Assembly (NCBI GenBank): GCA_030390025.1
Contig: CM059432.1
Coordinates: 145,454,001 to 145,518,000, forward strand
Origin: Squalus acanthias
Taxonomy: Eukaryota
DNA length: 64,000 bases
Direction of reading: 5' to 3'
Made by a program: the position numbers and the translations under genes. The notes beneath the pieces were generated by a model. It saw only the letters and a program-made list of their open reading frames with translations. It searched no databases and was not told the origin of the DNA. Positions within the stretch are counted from its first letter, which is position 1; each line of letters opens with the position of its first letter. This document shows positions 24,001-35,290 of the stretch, one piece after another.

Positions 24001-27000
24001 TTAGACAAATTTCCAGGACCCGATGGTTTCCACCCCAGGGTATTAAAAGAAGTAGGTGAGGAAATTGTTAATGTATTAGTCATGAGCTTCCAAAACTCTC
24101 TCGATTCAGGAACTGTCCCCTTGGATTGGTAAACTGCCAATGTCACTCCACTATTTAAGAAGGGTAAGAGAGATAAACTAGGAAATTATAGGCCTATTAG
24201 TTGAACGTCAGTTGTGGGGAAGTTACTAAGGATCTGTTATTAGGGACAAAGTGACTGAGCATTTGGACAAATATGAGCTGATCAGAGAGAGCCAGCATGG
24301 ATTTGTAAAGGGTAAACCATGTCTAACGAACCTCGTTGAATTTATTAAGGAGGTAACGAACGTGGTAGATAAGGGAGTTTCTATGGATGTTATTTATATG
24401 GACTTCCAGAAGGCATTCGACAAGGTTCCACGTAAGACATTGTTAACAAAAATGAGAGTACATGCAATTAGAGGCAACCTATTGACGTGGGTGGGGAATT
24501 GGTTAGGAGGTAGGAGACAGAGAGTAGGGATAATAGGTATGTACTCCAGTTGGCAGGTTGTGACTAGTGGTGTCCTCCAGGGATCTGTACTGGGGCTGCA
24601 GCTTTTCACTATATTTATAAATGACTTGAAGGAAGGAATAGAGAGCCGTATATCCAAGTTTGCTGATGACACTAAATTAGGTGGCATAAATATCAATAGT
24701 GTAGATGGAGCAGAAAGTTGCAAAGCAACATTAATAGATTAAGTGAGTGGGCAAAACTGTGGCAGATGGAGTTCAATGTGGGAAAGTGTGAGGTCATCCA
24801 ATTTGGACCTGAGAAAAATAGATCAGAATATTTTCATGGAAGGAGTTCAGCGAAGATTCACAAGGCTGATACCTGGGATGGCAGGAATGACATATGAGGA
24901 GAGATTGGGTCGATTGGGCTTATACTCGCTGGAGTATAGAAGAATGAGAGGGGATCTCATCGAAACATATAAAATTCTGACAGGTCTGGACAAACTAGAT
25001 GCAGGAAGAATGTTCCTGATGGTCAGAGAGTCCAGAACCAGGGGTCATAATCTAAGGATAACAGGTAAGCCATTTAGGACAGAAATGAGGAGGAATTTCT
25101 TCACCCAGAGAGTGGTGAACCTGTGGAATTCTCTACCACAGAAGGTAGTTGAGGCCAAGTCATTAAATATATTCAAGAATGAGTTAGATATATTTCTTAA
25201 AGCTAAAGGTATCAAGGGATATGGGGAGAAGGCAGGTACAGGGTACTGAGTTTGGATGATCAGCCATGATCTCATCGAATGGCGGAGCAGGCTCGAGGGG
25301 CCGAATGGCCTACTCCTGCTCCTTAATTCTATGTTTCTATGTTTCTAAATGGCGAAAATCTAGGAACTGTGGATGAGCAGAGAGATTTAGGGGTCCAAGT
25401 ACAGAAATCACTAAAAGCTAGTGGACAGGTACAAAAAATAATTTAAAAGGCAAATGGAATGTTGGCCTTTATCGCAAGAGGGCTGGAATACAAAGGGTGG
25501 AAGTTATGTTACAACTGTACAAAGCTCTGATTAGACCCCATCTGGACTACTGCGTTCCCTCTGGGCACCACACCTCAGGAAGGATATACTGGCCTTGGAC
25601 GGGTGCAGCGCAGATTCACCAGAATGATACCAAGGCTAAAATGGTTACATTTTGAGGACAGGTTGCATAGACTAGACTTGTATTCCCTCGAATGAAGAAG
25701 ATTAATGGTTGATCTAATTGAGGTGTTTAAGATGATTAAAGATTTGATAGGGTAGATAAAGAGAAACTATTTCTTCTGGTGGGGGAGTCCAGAACAAGGG
25801 AGCATAACCATAAAATTATAGCTCGGCCGTTCACGGGTGATGTCAGGAAGCACTTCTTTACACAAAGGGTAGAGGAAATCTGGAACTATCTCACCCAAAA
25901 AGCTGTTGAGGCTGGGGGTCAACTGAAAATTTCAAAACTGAGACTGATAGATTTTTGTTGGATAAGGATATATGGGGATATGGAACCAAGGTGGGTCGAT
26001 GAAATTAAGATACAGATTAGCCATGATCTAATTAAATGGCGGAACAGGCTTGAGGTCCTGAATAGCCTACTCCTGTTCCTATGTTTCATATTCTAAGTTT
26101 TTTAATTGAGGATTCAACATTTTGCAAAGGGCAAGAAAGATTCAGCTGCAGAAACTTCAACCTCGATTTTAATCCTGCCCAAACCCCGACAGGCAGGAAA
26201 GGATCGGTGAGGGGTTAAAATTTTGAAAAGTGCGATCCTGCCTCCAATTGGCTGCGTTCCCTGCTGCCCTAATATTAAAGCCGCCGATTCAGGGCTCCCA
26301 CTAAAGGCAGGTGGGGGTCTACTTAACATGCAAAACTCATGCTCCAAAGACATCATTGGTGCCGCAACGTAATATTACCTGAAAGCCAGGGTGAGTCCTG
26401 CCCTGTCTGCAGCATGGCAGCAGAACCACGGTGGGAGGAGCTGACTGTCCAGAAGAGGCCAAGGTAAGTTTGAGCAATTTGCTTCTGTTTGAACTCCTTG
26501 TGGGCTAGGAGGAGCAGGAGTGCTCCCTTCAGGCCCCACAAGGAGTCCTCGGGCTTCCTCAGCCCCAGCTTCCACCCGATCCACGATTGCCTCCAGACCT
26601 AACTCCTGGGGACCGTTCCCACGGGTTTCCTCTTGCTGCCAAATTCCCGCTCCGGCCAGCTGACCTGGTGTTGGCCAGGACTCTGGGAACTTTTATTTAA
26701 ATAATGCCCTGCCGTTAAGATCAGCAAGGCCTCCACATCTCCGAACTCTCCTGTTGTGCTGCCTGCACTGTTCACGCCCCAGAAGAACTTCAAGGATGTG
26801 CCAGCAACTTTAATGCTAGGCCTTGGACTGAGGTAAGATTTTGGGGTCAGAGAAGAGGAAGAGATCCAAAAGAGGCATCAGCCGCTTCCCTAAGAATTAC
26901 CAGCACTCCTGTCTTGCCTATGGTCAGTGAGATCAGCAGTGGAAGGCAGGGAAATGGGGCAGTTTTCTGGCTCCACTTCCCTGCTGACACTTGCATACAG

Positions 27001-27548
27001 AGGGTGGTCAAGGGATGGCCAACAGCCTTCCCAGCAAGGGCAGGTGGAAGAAAAGAGGTTGTGGGGGGACACAACAGTAGGTAGGCCTCACTGCCCAATG
27101 CTCATGCTATTCCTGCAGTGATACCAAATTGTTATTTCCATTATTGTAAAGGAGGCATTAAAATAAACAGGTCTGCATTACAATAGCGATGAGATAAGAT
27201 TTTAGTGCAAGAGCTTTAAGTGATCGTATGTTAATATTGCCAGCAACAGTTATTTCTAGCCTATTGTCTTACACTGCCAGCAAAATTAACTGAATAGAAA
27301 TGAATGATATAAAGGCTACCACATTTAGTGACTCAGGGTGATAACTCCACCTAAAGTTAAGAGGTAAGCAAACCTGATAGGCCTTTTGCTTCAAACATTT
27401 CGTCCCACTCCATTTCATTGTGTATTGGTGTCTGGTAGGGGAAAAATATGATTACTGGTAATTTATCAAGATTTCAAAATCTCATTTAAATTAGATAAAC
27501 TGGTTCATACCTCAATTTGAATTTCCTTTTTTCTGCTAGCCATTTTAT
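17930..27548 (-). CDS. NME8: NME8/NME9 (TXNDC3/TXNDC6)-like thioredoxin-NDP kinase gene, 5' coding part (6 exons); remainder presumably left of the window
   Basis: Spliced translation [153 protein letters not shown] matches the recalled N-terminal Trx domain of human NME8/NME9. All introns are GT-AG with compatible phases. NME8 versus NME9 orthology is not settled. Confidence 0.9.
18050..18400 (-). mobile_element. Very degraded Harbinger transposase N-terminal remnant in an NME8/9 intron
   Basis: Minus-strand [22 protein letters not shown] resembles the LSVAVKVTVTLNFFASGSFQ block at 57.5-57.6 kb. Confidence 0.4.
18800..18916 (-). CDS. NME8: NME8/9-like coding exon 5 (117 nt)
   Basis: cttgtcag|GCTGGT...CAAGAA|gtaagt; [17 protein letters not shown] resembles GKIIEKIQGANAPLVNK. 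Confidence 0.92.
18990..19061 (-). CDS. NME8: NME8/9-like coding exon 4 (72 nt)
   Basis: cctag|GTTCAA...ATTGTG|gtgagt; contains the GKCEPAF motif (KCEPxF in NME8/9). Confidence 0.92.
19155..19258 (-). CDS. NME8: NME8/9-like coding exon 3 (104 nt) with intact WCGPC active site (19224-19238)
   Basis: tttcag|TAGTGGAT...CATACA|gtgagt; [34 protein letters not shown]. Confidence 0.93.
19320..23622 (+). mobile_element. Older, heavily frameshifted full-length CR1 LINE
   Basis: ORF1 esterase remnants (19949-20197), EN remnants (20851-21210), RT remnants (22385-23300), CR1 3' end at ~23570-23620. Confidence 0.9.
23339..23556 (+). mobile_element. 218-bp solo LTR
   Basis: TGACA...TGTCA termini, 5-bp target duplication CACTG (23334-23338 / 23557-23561), TATAAATA at ~23409 and ATTAAA at ~23504. 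Confidence 0.8.
23625..26095 (+). mobile_element. 5'-truncated CR1 with a younger CR1 3' fragment nested at ~24836-25345
   Basis: RT fragments at 23711-24742; host cagaatattttc|taaatggcg is split by a second CR1 3' end with a ctatgttt tail. Confidence 0.88.
26160..26846. mobile_element. Possible degenerate non-autonomous DNA transposon (Harbinger-like MITE)
   Basis: GC-rich block sharing internal motifs with 30610-31479 (aggtaagt, ctggaagc/atttaaat); TIRs are poor. Confidence 0.35.
27374..27431 (-). CDS. NME8: NME8/9-like coding exon 2 (58 nt)
   Basis: cctaccag|ACACCA...TCAG|gtttgc; [19 protein letters not shown]. Confidence 0.88.
27511..27548 (-). CDS. NME8: NME8/9-like first coding exon (ATG at 27543-27541; [11 protein letters not shown])
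   Basis: Minus strand tttgtttcag|ataaaATGgctagc...attgag|gtatga; resembles MASKKREVQLQ / MGSRKKEIALQ. Confidence 0.88.
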
Positions 27549-27661
27549 CTGAAACAAACAAGTATTTCAAAAACACTTCAAGTTAAATTATTGTGATAAT
27601 TATCGACTTCCATAATAATTTTCAAGGGTACCTTAAAAAAGTTCCTGATTTCTTTTGCAGT

Positions 27662-28640
27662 TTTCATTTTTTAAAATGATGCGGGCATTCTGGCAAGACC
27701 ATATTTATTGCCCATCCCCAGTTGTCCTGAGAAGGTGGTGGTGGGCCATCTCTTTGAACCACTGCAGTCCGTGTGGTAATGGTGCTCCCACAACTATGTG
27801 TGACATAGGGAATTCCAGAATACTCAGCAACAATGAAAGAACATTGATATATGACCAAGTCAGGATGATAGGTGACTTTGAGGGGAATTTGGTGCTGTAG
27901 CTTAGTGGTTCTGGATTAGAAACCCAGAGACTATGAGCTACATTGTCTCCACCACCATCCCAGCTGAGATGAGCTATCATGGCATAGATCAAGGATTTAA
28001 CATGGGACCTCCCTGGTCCACCACTCAATTATTGCCAGATAAATGTATTGAGTCATCAGTGAGCTGCTTGATACTTTTGATCCACAAAATTAAAATAATT
28101 GTTTTCAGAATAACGATGCAGCTAAGCGATTCAGGGTTAATAATTGGAATAAGTAATTGCAACGCTAAGTGTAGAAGGCCGTGCCAGGAGAAGCACCTGG
28201 CATACCTGATAATAAGGCACCAACCTAGTGAATCTACTACACAGGGCTGAACAGCAAAAGCAGCAGATCAAGCAGCTCCACAACCAGTGGATCACAGCAA
28301 AGCTTTGTAGCCCTACCATATCCAGTCCAGAATGGTGGTGGACAATTAGTCAACTAACAGCAGGTGGAAGCTCATCCCCATCCTCAACCATAGCAGAACA
28401 GATGCTTTACTGGACCAACATATCAATACCGTAGCTACGAGCAGGGTAGAGGCTGGCTAGTCCCCCAAAGCCTCTCCATCAACTACAATGCTCAAGTCAG
28501 GAGCGTGATTGGATACTCAGGAGTTGCCTGGATGGGTGTAGTCACAACATTCAAGAAGCTCAACACTATCCAGGACAGAGCAATTTGCTTGATTGGCACC
28601 TCTGTCACTATCCAGCCCCTCCATTATCAACGTACTGTGG
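27662..28640. mobile_element. Old fragments of the L2/Crack-like LINE in opposite orientations (27662-27895 minus; ~28155-28640 plus)
   Basis: Similar to the 7720-10067 3' end and to its EN/RT linker. Confidence 0.6.
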
Positions 28641-29180
28641 CTTAGAGAATCTGAGCGAGGAAGAAATCTGAACCAGAAAGGGAGTGGGCAAGTTGGCTAA
28701 CTAGACCTCCCCACACAGCTCAGCAGCACATGAAGGGACCAGATAGAGCAAAAGTAAAGTTAAATACCATGAAACCTTCCCAGAAGAGAGAGAGGGAGAG
28801 AAAGAGACACCTTGAAGAAACAAGGCACATAAGTCACAGCAGATGATATAGTTGAAGACCACTGAAGCCTTAGACTACTACTAACTAGGCAGTCTCGAAC
28901 CACCACCCACCAAAAAACTCCAAACAAACAACCCAACAGCCTTGGTCCACTAACTGGCCAGCTCTGCAACTCCACCCATTCACCATGCTCAAAGCCCCTG
29001 CTCTTCCTGGCCCCACAAAGATGTTTACATCATGAATGGTGCTGAAATAGCTAAGGATGATGCTGAAGGAGCCTGTTACAAATTCAGGTTTGATGCAGGT
29101 ATCTACTCGGGTTCAATGTTGTCAGTCGCTTCCTTAAGCAGCCTGGTTGCCTACTTTTTTTAATGTGACACGAAACATAC

Positions 29181-30143
29181 CAACAACAACTTGCATTTAT
29201 ATAGCGCCTTTAATGTAGTAAAATGTCCTAAGGCAATTCATAGGAGCATTATCAAACAAAATTTGACACCGAGCCACATAAGGAGAAATTAGGACAGATG
29301 ACCAAAAGCTTGGTCAAAGAGGTAGGTTTTAAGGAGCGTCTTAACAGAGGAGAGAGACGGAGAGGTTTAGGGAAAGAATTCCAGAGCTTAGGGCCCAGGC
29401 ATCTGAAGGCACGGCTGCCAATGGTGGAGCGATTAAAATTGCGGATGCGCAAGAGGCCAGAATTGAAGGAGCACAGATATCTCGGAGGGTTCTGGGCTGG
29501 AGGAGGTTACAGAGATAGGGAGGGGAGAGGCCATGGAGGGATTTGAAAACAAGGATGAGAATTTTAAAATCGAGGCGTTGCTGGACCGGGAGCCAAAGTA
29601 GGTCAGTGAGCACAGGAGTGATGGGTGAACAGGACTTGGTCCAAGTTAGGATACGAGTTTTGGATGAGCTCAGGTTTATGTAGGGTGGAAGATGAAAGGC
29701 CAGCCAGGAGAGCATTGGAATAGTCAGGTCTAGAGGTAACAAAAGATAAGGGTTTCAGCAGCAGATGAGCTGAGGCAGGCGCGGAGACAGGTGATGTTAC
29801 GTAGGCGATCTTGGTGATGGAGCGGATATGTGGTCGGAAGCTCAGTTCGCGGTCAAATAAAACACCAAGGTTGCGAATGGTCTGGTTCAGCCTCAGACAG
29901 TTGTCAGTGAGAGGGATGGAGTCAGTGGCTAGGGAACGGAGTTTGTGGCGGGGACTGAAAACAATGGCTTCGGTCGTCCCAATATTTAGTTGGAGGAAAT
30001 CTCTGCTCATCCAGTACTGGATGTTGGACAAGCAGTGTGACAAATCAGATATAGTGGAGGGGTTGAGAGAGATGGTGCTGAGGTAGAACTGGGTGTCGTT
30101 AGCATACATGTGGAATCTGATGTGTTTTCAGATGATGTTGCCG
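29181..30143 (-). mobile_element. 5'-truncated L2-clade LINE
   Basis: MYANDTQFYLS RT motif (ORF 29603-30109); 3' tail aaggcgctatataaatgcaagttgttgtt. Confidence 0.88.
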
Positions 30144-30609
30144 TGCAGAGCAGCGATCAACAAGCCAATAGAATGCTGAAACAGTAGAATGTAAGTTGGA
30201 GGGGTAGTGGCACCTTAAATAATGCCCACTAAGAACTGAGGAACTAAGAAAGTGCAGGAGACTATGTAGAGAAGAGTCACAGGGCTAATCGCTCGTATTA
30301 AGGATCTAAGTTATGAGGAAAGACTTGAGAAACTTGGGCATTCCAGCTTAGATAGGGAGTACCTGAGAGGTGATCTTACAGAGGAATATAACATTTTTAA
30401 GAGAATGGAATGTTACTTTAAATGAAATTGTGGGAGTAGAACAAGGGAACACAGATGCAAACTAGTAAACAGTAATTTTAGGACTGATATCAAGAAATAC
30501 TTATTCACAGAGTGATCAACATATGAATTAAACTTCCTGATAAGAGTACTGAAGGCCAAAACTGGAATCATTTAAAAAATAATTGAATGCTACAATGAGG
30601 TGATCTTAA

Positions 30610-31479
30610 GGGGGGAAATTTAACCTAAAAAATGGGTGGGTTGGGGTCGTGTGGAAAGTTAGTGTTAAAAATCTGAATCCCGACCAGAACCCGCCTCTAA
30701 CCCATCTACTTCTGGTCTTAACGAAGGCGGGATGGGGGCGGGCAGCCAACCTGCTCCCAGGAGGTGGGTTGTCATTTAAATATTATATTGAGGCTGGAAG
30801 CCTCTGCTTTAACCTCCATTTTGAATTTAACTTTAGCTGGTCGGATTTTGCAGGCCTCATGAAACCCACGAACTAATGCAAGGCGAGGACTGCTGGATCG
30901 AGGAGGTAAGTGCCTTTACACTTACCTCCTGAATCCAGCGTCCCGACCGAACCCACTCACCGCGATCGAAGACCGCCCTTCCCCAGACCTCCGATCACAC
31001 CCCCAGGCCTCCGATCACACCCCCAGGCCTCTGATCGTCCCCCCCAGGCCTCCGATCCCCCACACGAGGCATTCCCCCCAATGCTCCTCTAGCCCCCGAT
31101 CTGCTCCTCTGGCCGCTAATCGTTCCCTATACACCCCCCACCCCTCTGACTGCTCCTCCAGCTGCCAATCTGCTCCTCCGGCCCATGATTGTTGCCAACC
31201 GCCCCCCGCCGACACCCATCCCGCTCCTCTGGCCCTCCTCCTGCTGCTCCGCCCGCATGCGATCCCTCCCTCCCTCCTCTCTACGACTTAGTGCAACAGA
31301 CCTACCCGCCCGGAGCCAGCCAGTCCCTCAACCTGGCTGGCTGCGGGTGGGAAACAGAGGTTTACCATGCAAATTTGGCCCTGCTGTAAAATTTGGCAGG
31401 GTCTGCGGGAAACCCGTTTTCCCAACCACTTAGGAGCCCCCCCTGCTCCAAACCTGCCTACCCCATTAAAATTCAGCCC
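30610..31479. mobile_element. Harbinger-type MITE in an old CR1 3' fragment (~30255-31515)
   Basis: TIRs GGGGGGAAATTTAA / TTAAAATTCAGCCC; TAA duplication at 30607-30609 and 31480-31482; internal ~18-21 bp tandem repeats at ~30980-31060. Confidence 0.82.
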
Positions 31480-31877
31480 TAAGAGTCTATCTGGATGGAT
31501 TCAATGGCCTTCTTCATCAGTAAATATTTTGTGATCTTGAAATGAATAACCCATTAATCTGTCTTTGGTAATGACTGAGGAAAGAATCGTGAACAGGAAA
31601 TCAGTGCTCCCTGCTCTTTTTTCAGTAGTGTCACGGGATCTTTAACATCCGTCTGAACAAGCATGCTGAGTTTTAATTACGCATCTAAAGGGCAGCACTT
31701 CCCATAATTCAGCAACTGCTCACAGTCTTATTTTATGTATTTAGGTCCTGGAGTGGGAACTGCAGCCACAACTTTATGACTCAGTATTGAGAATTTCAAT
31801 CATCTGAGCTAAGGTGATACTGCTGTATGTCTCTTCCATATGTCTCACAGCATCTATCTAGTTCTCATACATAAAAT

Positions 31878-32192
31878 CATAGAATCTTACAACACAGAAG
31901 GATGCCATTCGGCCCATCGTGCCTGTGCCGGCTCTTTGAAGCAGCTATCCAATTAGTCCCACTCCTCCACTCTTTCCCCATAGCCTTGCAAATATTTTCT
32001 TTTCAGGTATAGATCCAATTCCCTTTTGAAAGTTAATATTGAATCTGCTTTCACCACTCCTTTCAGGCAGTGCATTCCAGATCATAACAACTTGCTGCCT
32101 AAAAAAAATGCTCCCCTCTGGTTCTTTTGCCAATTATCTTAAATCTGTGTCCTCTGGTTACCGATCCTCCTGCCAGTGAAAACAGTTTCTTC
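31878..32192 (-). mobile_element. CR1 3' fragment directly abutting the minisatellite
   Basis: Same 3' sequence as 10959-11280. Confidence 0.85.
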
Positions 32193-32194
32193 AC

Positions 32195-33458
32195 GGTACC
32201 TGCTGTGGTATATTAAGATCGGCGGGGATGGTACCTGTTGTGGTATATTATAGCGGGCGGGGACGGTATATGCTGTGGTATATTATGGCGGGCGGGATGG
32301 TACCTGCTGTGGTATATTATGGCGGGCGGGGACGGTACCTGCTGTGGTATATTATGGCGGGTGGGGACGGTACCTGTTGTGGTATATTATGGCGGGCGGG
32401 GACGGTACCTGTTGTGGTATATTATAGCGGGCGGGGACGGTACCTGTTGTGGTATATTATAGCGGGCGGGGACGGTACCTGCTGTGGTATATTATAGCGG
32501 GCGGGGACGGTACCTGTTGTGGTATATTATAGCGGGCGGGGACGGTACCTGCTGTGGTATATTATAGCGGGCGGGGACGGTACCTGTTGTGGTATATTAT
32601 AGCGGGCGGGGACGGTACCTGTTGTGGTATATTATAGCGGGCGGGGACGGTACCTGTTGTGGTATATTATAGCGGGCGGGGACGGTACCTGCTGTGGTAT
32701 ATTATAGCGGGCGGGGACGGTACCTGCTGTGGTATATTATGGCGGGCGGGGACGGTACCTGTTGTGGTATATTATAGCGGGCGGGGACGGTACCTGTTGT
32801 GGTATATTATGGCGGGCGGGGACGGTACCTGCTGTGGTATATTATGGCGGGCGGGGACGGTACCTGCTGTGGTATATTATGGCGGGCGGGGACGGTACCT
32901 GCTGTGGTATATTATAGCGGGCGGGGACGGTACCTGCTGTGGTATATTATGGCGGGCGGGGACGGTACCTGCTGTGGTATATTATGGAGGGCGGGGACGG
33001 TACCTGCTGTGGTATATTATGGCGGGCGGGGACGGTACCTGTTGTGGTATATTATAGCGGGCGGGGACGGTACCTGCTGTGGTATATTATGGCGGGCGGG
33101 GACGGTACCTGCTGTGGTATATTATGGCGGGCGGGGACGGTACCTGCTGTGGTATATTATGGCGGGCGGGGACGGTACCTGTTGTGGTATATTATAGCGG
33201 GCGGGGACGGTACCTGCTGTGGTATATTATGGCGGGCGGGGACGGTACCTGCTGTGGTATATTATGGCGGGCGGGGACGGTACCTGCTGTGGTATATTAT
33301 GGCGGGCGGGGACGGTACCTGCTGTGGTATATTATGGCGGGCGGGGACGGTACCTGCTGTGGTATATTATGGCGGGCGGGGACGGTACCTGCTGTGGTAT
33401 ATTATGGCCGGCGGGGACGGTACCTGCTGTGGTATATTATGGCGGGCGGGGACGGTAC
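32195..33458. repeat. 35-bp minisatellite, ~36 copies, unit GGTACCTG(C/T)TGTGGTATATTAT(G/A)GCGGGCGGGGAC
   Basis: Head-to-tail repeats read directly; no spacers; variation mainly at two positions. Confidence 0.97.
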
Positions 33459-33830
33459 TTCTTGCTGCCGCTGGACTCCAGCTGCGCGTGGTCCTGTCAA
33501 CCGATAGCGCTCGCGCCTGTCCTTTAAAAAGGGAGTCACGTGATGCCGGTTCCCGGGTCACATGGCACCAGGGAGCGGTTGGGCGCAGCGAGCGGGAGAT
33601 GTGCGCGAGCCGGGGTTTCAGGTTGTGCGCGCGCTGTCTGGGCTGCGGCTGCCCGAGGCAACTGGGCAGCGATGGCTGTGTTAACTTTTCCCCATGTCCT
33701 CTCAATTAACCATGATCATGGTGAATATGCGGTCTCCTCTCGGTTTGGACGAGAACGTTTTATAAGGCTAACTTGTGTTCTGGAATTGTTTCTGAATAAA
33801 ATAAGTTACAAAGGGAAATCATAGGTAAGA
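33459..33830. promoter_or_regulatory. CpG-rich putative bidirectional promoter / first non-coding exons
   Basis: Only non-repeat CpG-dense segment; it lies between the divergent genes. Contains GTCACGTGAT (33535-33544), X-box-like GCTGCC-CGA-GGCAAC (33648-33662), TGCGCGCGC, and a strong + strand donor AG|GTAAGA at 33824/33825. Confidence 0.6.
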
Positions 33831-34226
33831 TATTATTTAGCAGTCAGTAGTTTACATACAAATTGTGCTGACTTCTTCAGGATTCTTGCTTCAATTTCTT
33901 TTGTCAAACTCTAGACAAAACACAGTCTGCAGAGCTCTGAACACCTCTGTACTTATAAATTCAAAGATAACTCGAGTAGACTCAAGAGCACAAAAAGGTT
34001 ATTGTCTTGTTTTTCCTTTTTGAAGTTCAAGCCACCTCTGATGTAGACAAACAACCAAAACGTTACATGTTAGAGATGTGATAATGTCCAGCAACAGGTT
34101 TTTTCCTTTTTAAGCATTCTCCACATAATTGGTTCCACACTGCCCACAACTAGCAATTACTTAAATAACAACAGAAAACGCTGGAAAAACTCAGCAGGCC
34201 AGGCAGCATCCGTGGAGAGAGAAAGA

Positions 34227-34265
34227 GAGTTAACGTTTCAGGTCGATGACCTTTCGTCAGAACTC
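34227..34265 (-). ncRNA. Minimal type I hammerhead ribozyme (PLE-type)
   Basis: Minus strand GAGUU-CUGACGA-A-AGGUC-AUC-GACCU-GAAA-C-GUU-AACUC: 5-bp stem I, 5-bp stem II, palindromic ACGU stem III, GUU triplet. Confidence 0.78.
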
Positions 34266-35290
34266 AATTACTTGTCTGACTGAAGTTGTATCCACTAACA
34301 TTTTAGAGATGGAAAAAGAGATGAGGGAACCCATTTGTGTCCTAGCTATGCTTGCCTTTTCTTGGGATATGTGAAACATTCTTTGTTCCAGTCCTACTCA
34401 TTTCCTCGCCCTCTTTTTCCGGTGCATTGATGACTGTATTGATGCCGTTTCCTGCTCTCGCTCTGAACTAGAAAATTTCATCAACTATGCTTCCAATTTC
34501 CACCCTTCCCTCACCTTCACATGGTTCATCTCTGACTCTTACCTGCCCTTTCTCTGTTTCCATTTCTGAGGATAGGCTATCGACCATCATCCACTATAAG
34601 CTCGTTCCCACAGCTACCCACCCAGTTTCCTGTAGGGACTCTATTCCATTCTCCCAGTTTCTCCATCTCTGACGCATCTACTCCAATGATTGCCACCTTC
34701 AATACCAGTGCTTCCAATATGTCATACTTTGCACTCAACTGAGGATTCCACTCCACTGTGGTTGACATGGCCCTCAACTTTGTCTGTTCCATTTCCCACA
34801 CCTCTGCTCTCACTCCTTCCCCTCCCTCCCAGAACCATGATAGGCTTCCCCTTGTCCTCACCTTCCACCCCACCAGCTTCCACATTCAACGGATCATCAT
34901 CCACCATTTCAGCCACCTCCAGTGTCATCTCATCACCGAACACATCTTCCCCCATCTCCTCCCCTTTCAGCATTCCAAAGGGACTGTTCCCTCTGCGACA
35001 CCCTGGTCCACTCTATCACCCCCCAACACCCACTCCCCTTCCCGTGTAAATGCAGCAGATGCGTCACCTGCCCTTTTATCTCCACTGTTCCCACCGTCCA
35101 GTGCCCCAAACGCTCCTTCCAGGTGACGCAGCGATTTACTTCCATTTCTTTCGATTTAGTATACTGTATTCGCTGCTTATGATGCGGTCTCCTCTACATT
35201 GGGGGAAACCAAATGCAGACTGGTGACCACTTTGCGGAACACCTCCGTTAAGTCCTCAAGCATAACCCTGAGCTTCCGGTTGCCTGTCAT

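Noticed and set aside
32195..33458. 35-bp array as a CRISPR array
   Set aside because: Units are contiguous with no unique spacers, there are no cas genes, and the context is vertebrate.
32228..33709. Repetitive ORFs (YYGGRGRYLLW...) up to 256 aa
   Set aside because: By-products of a 35-bp unit cycling through three frames; TAG variants interrupt them at random.
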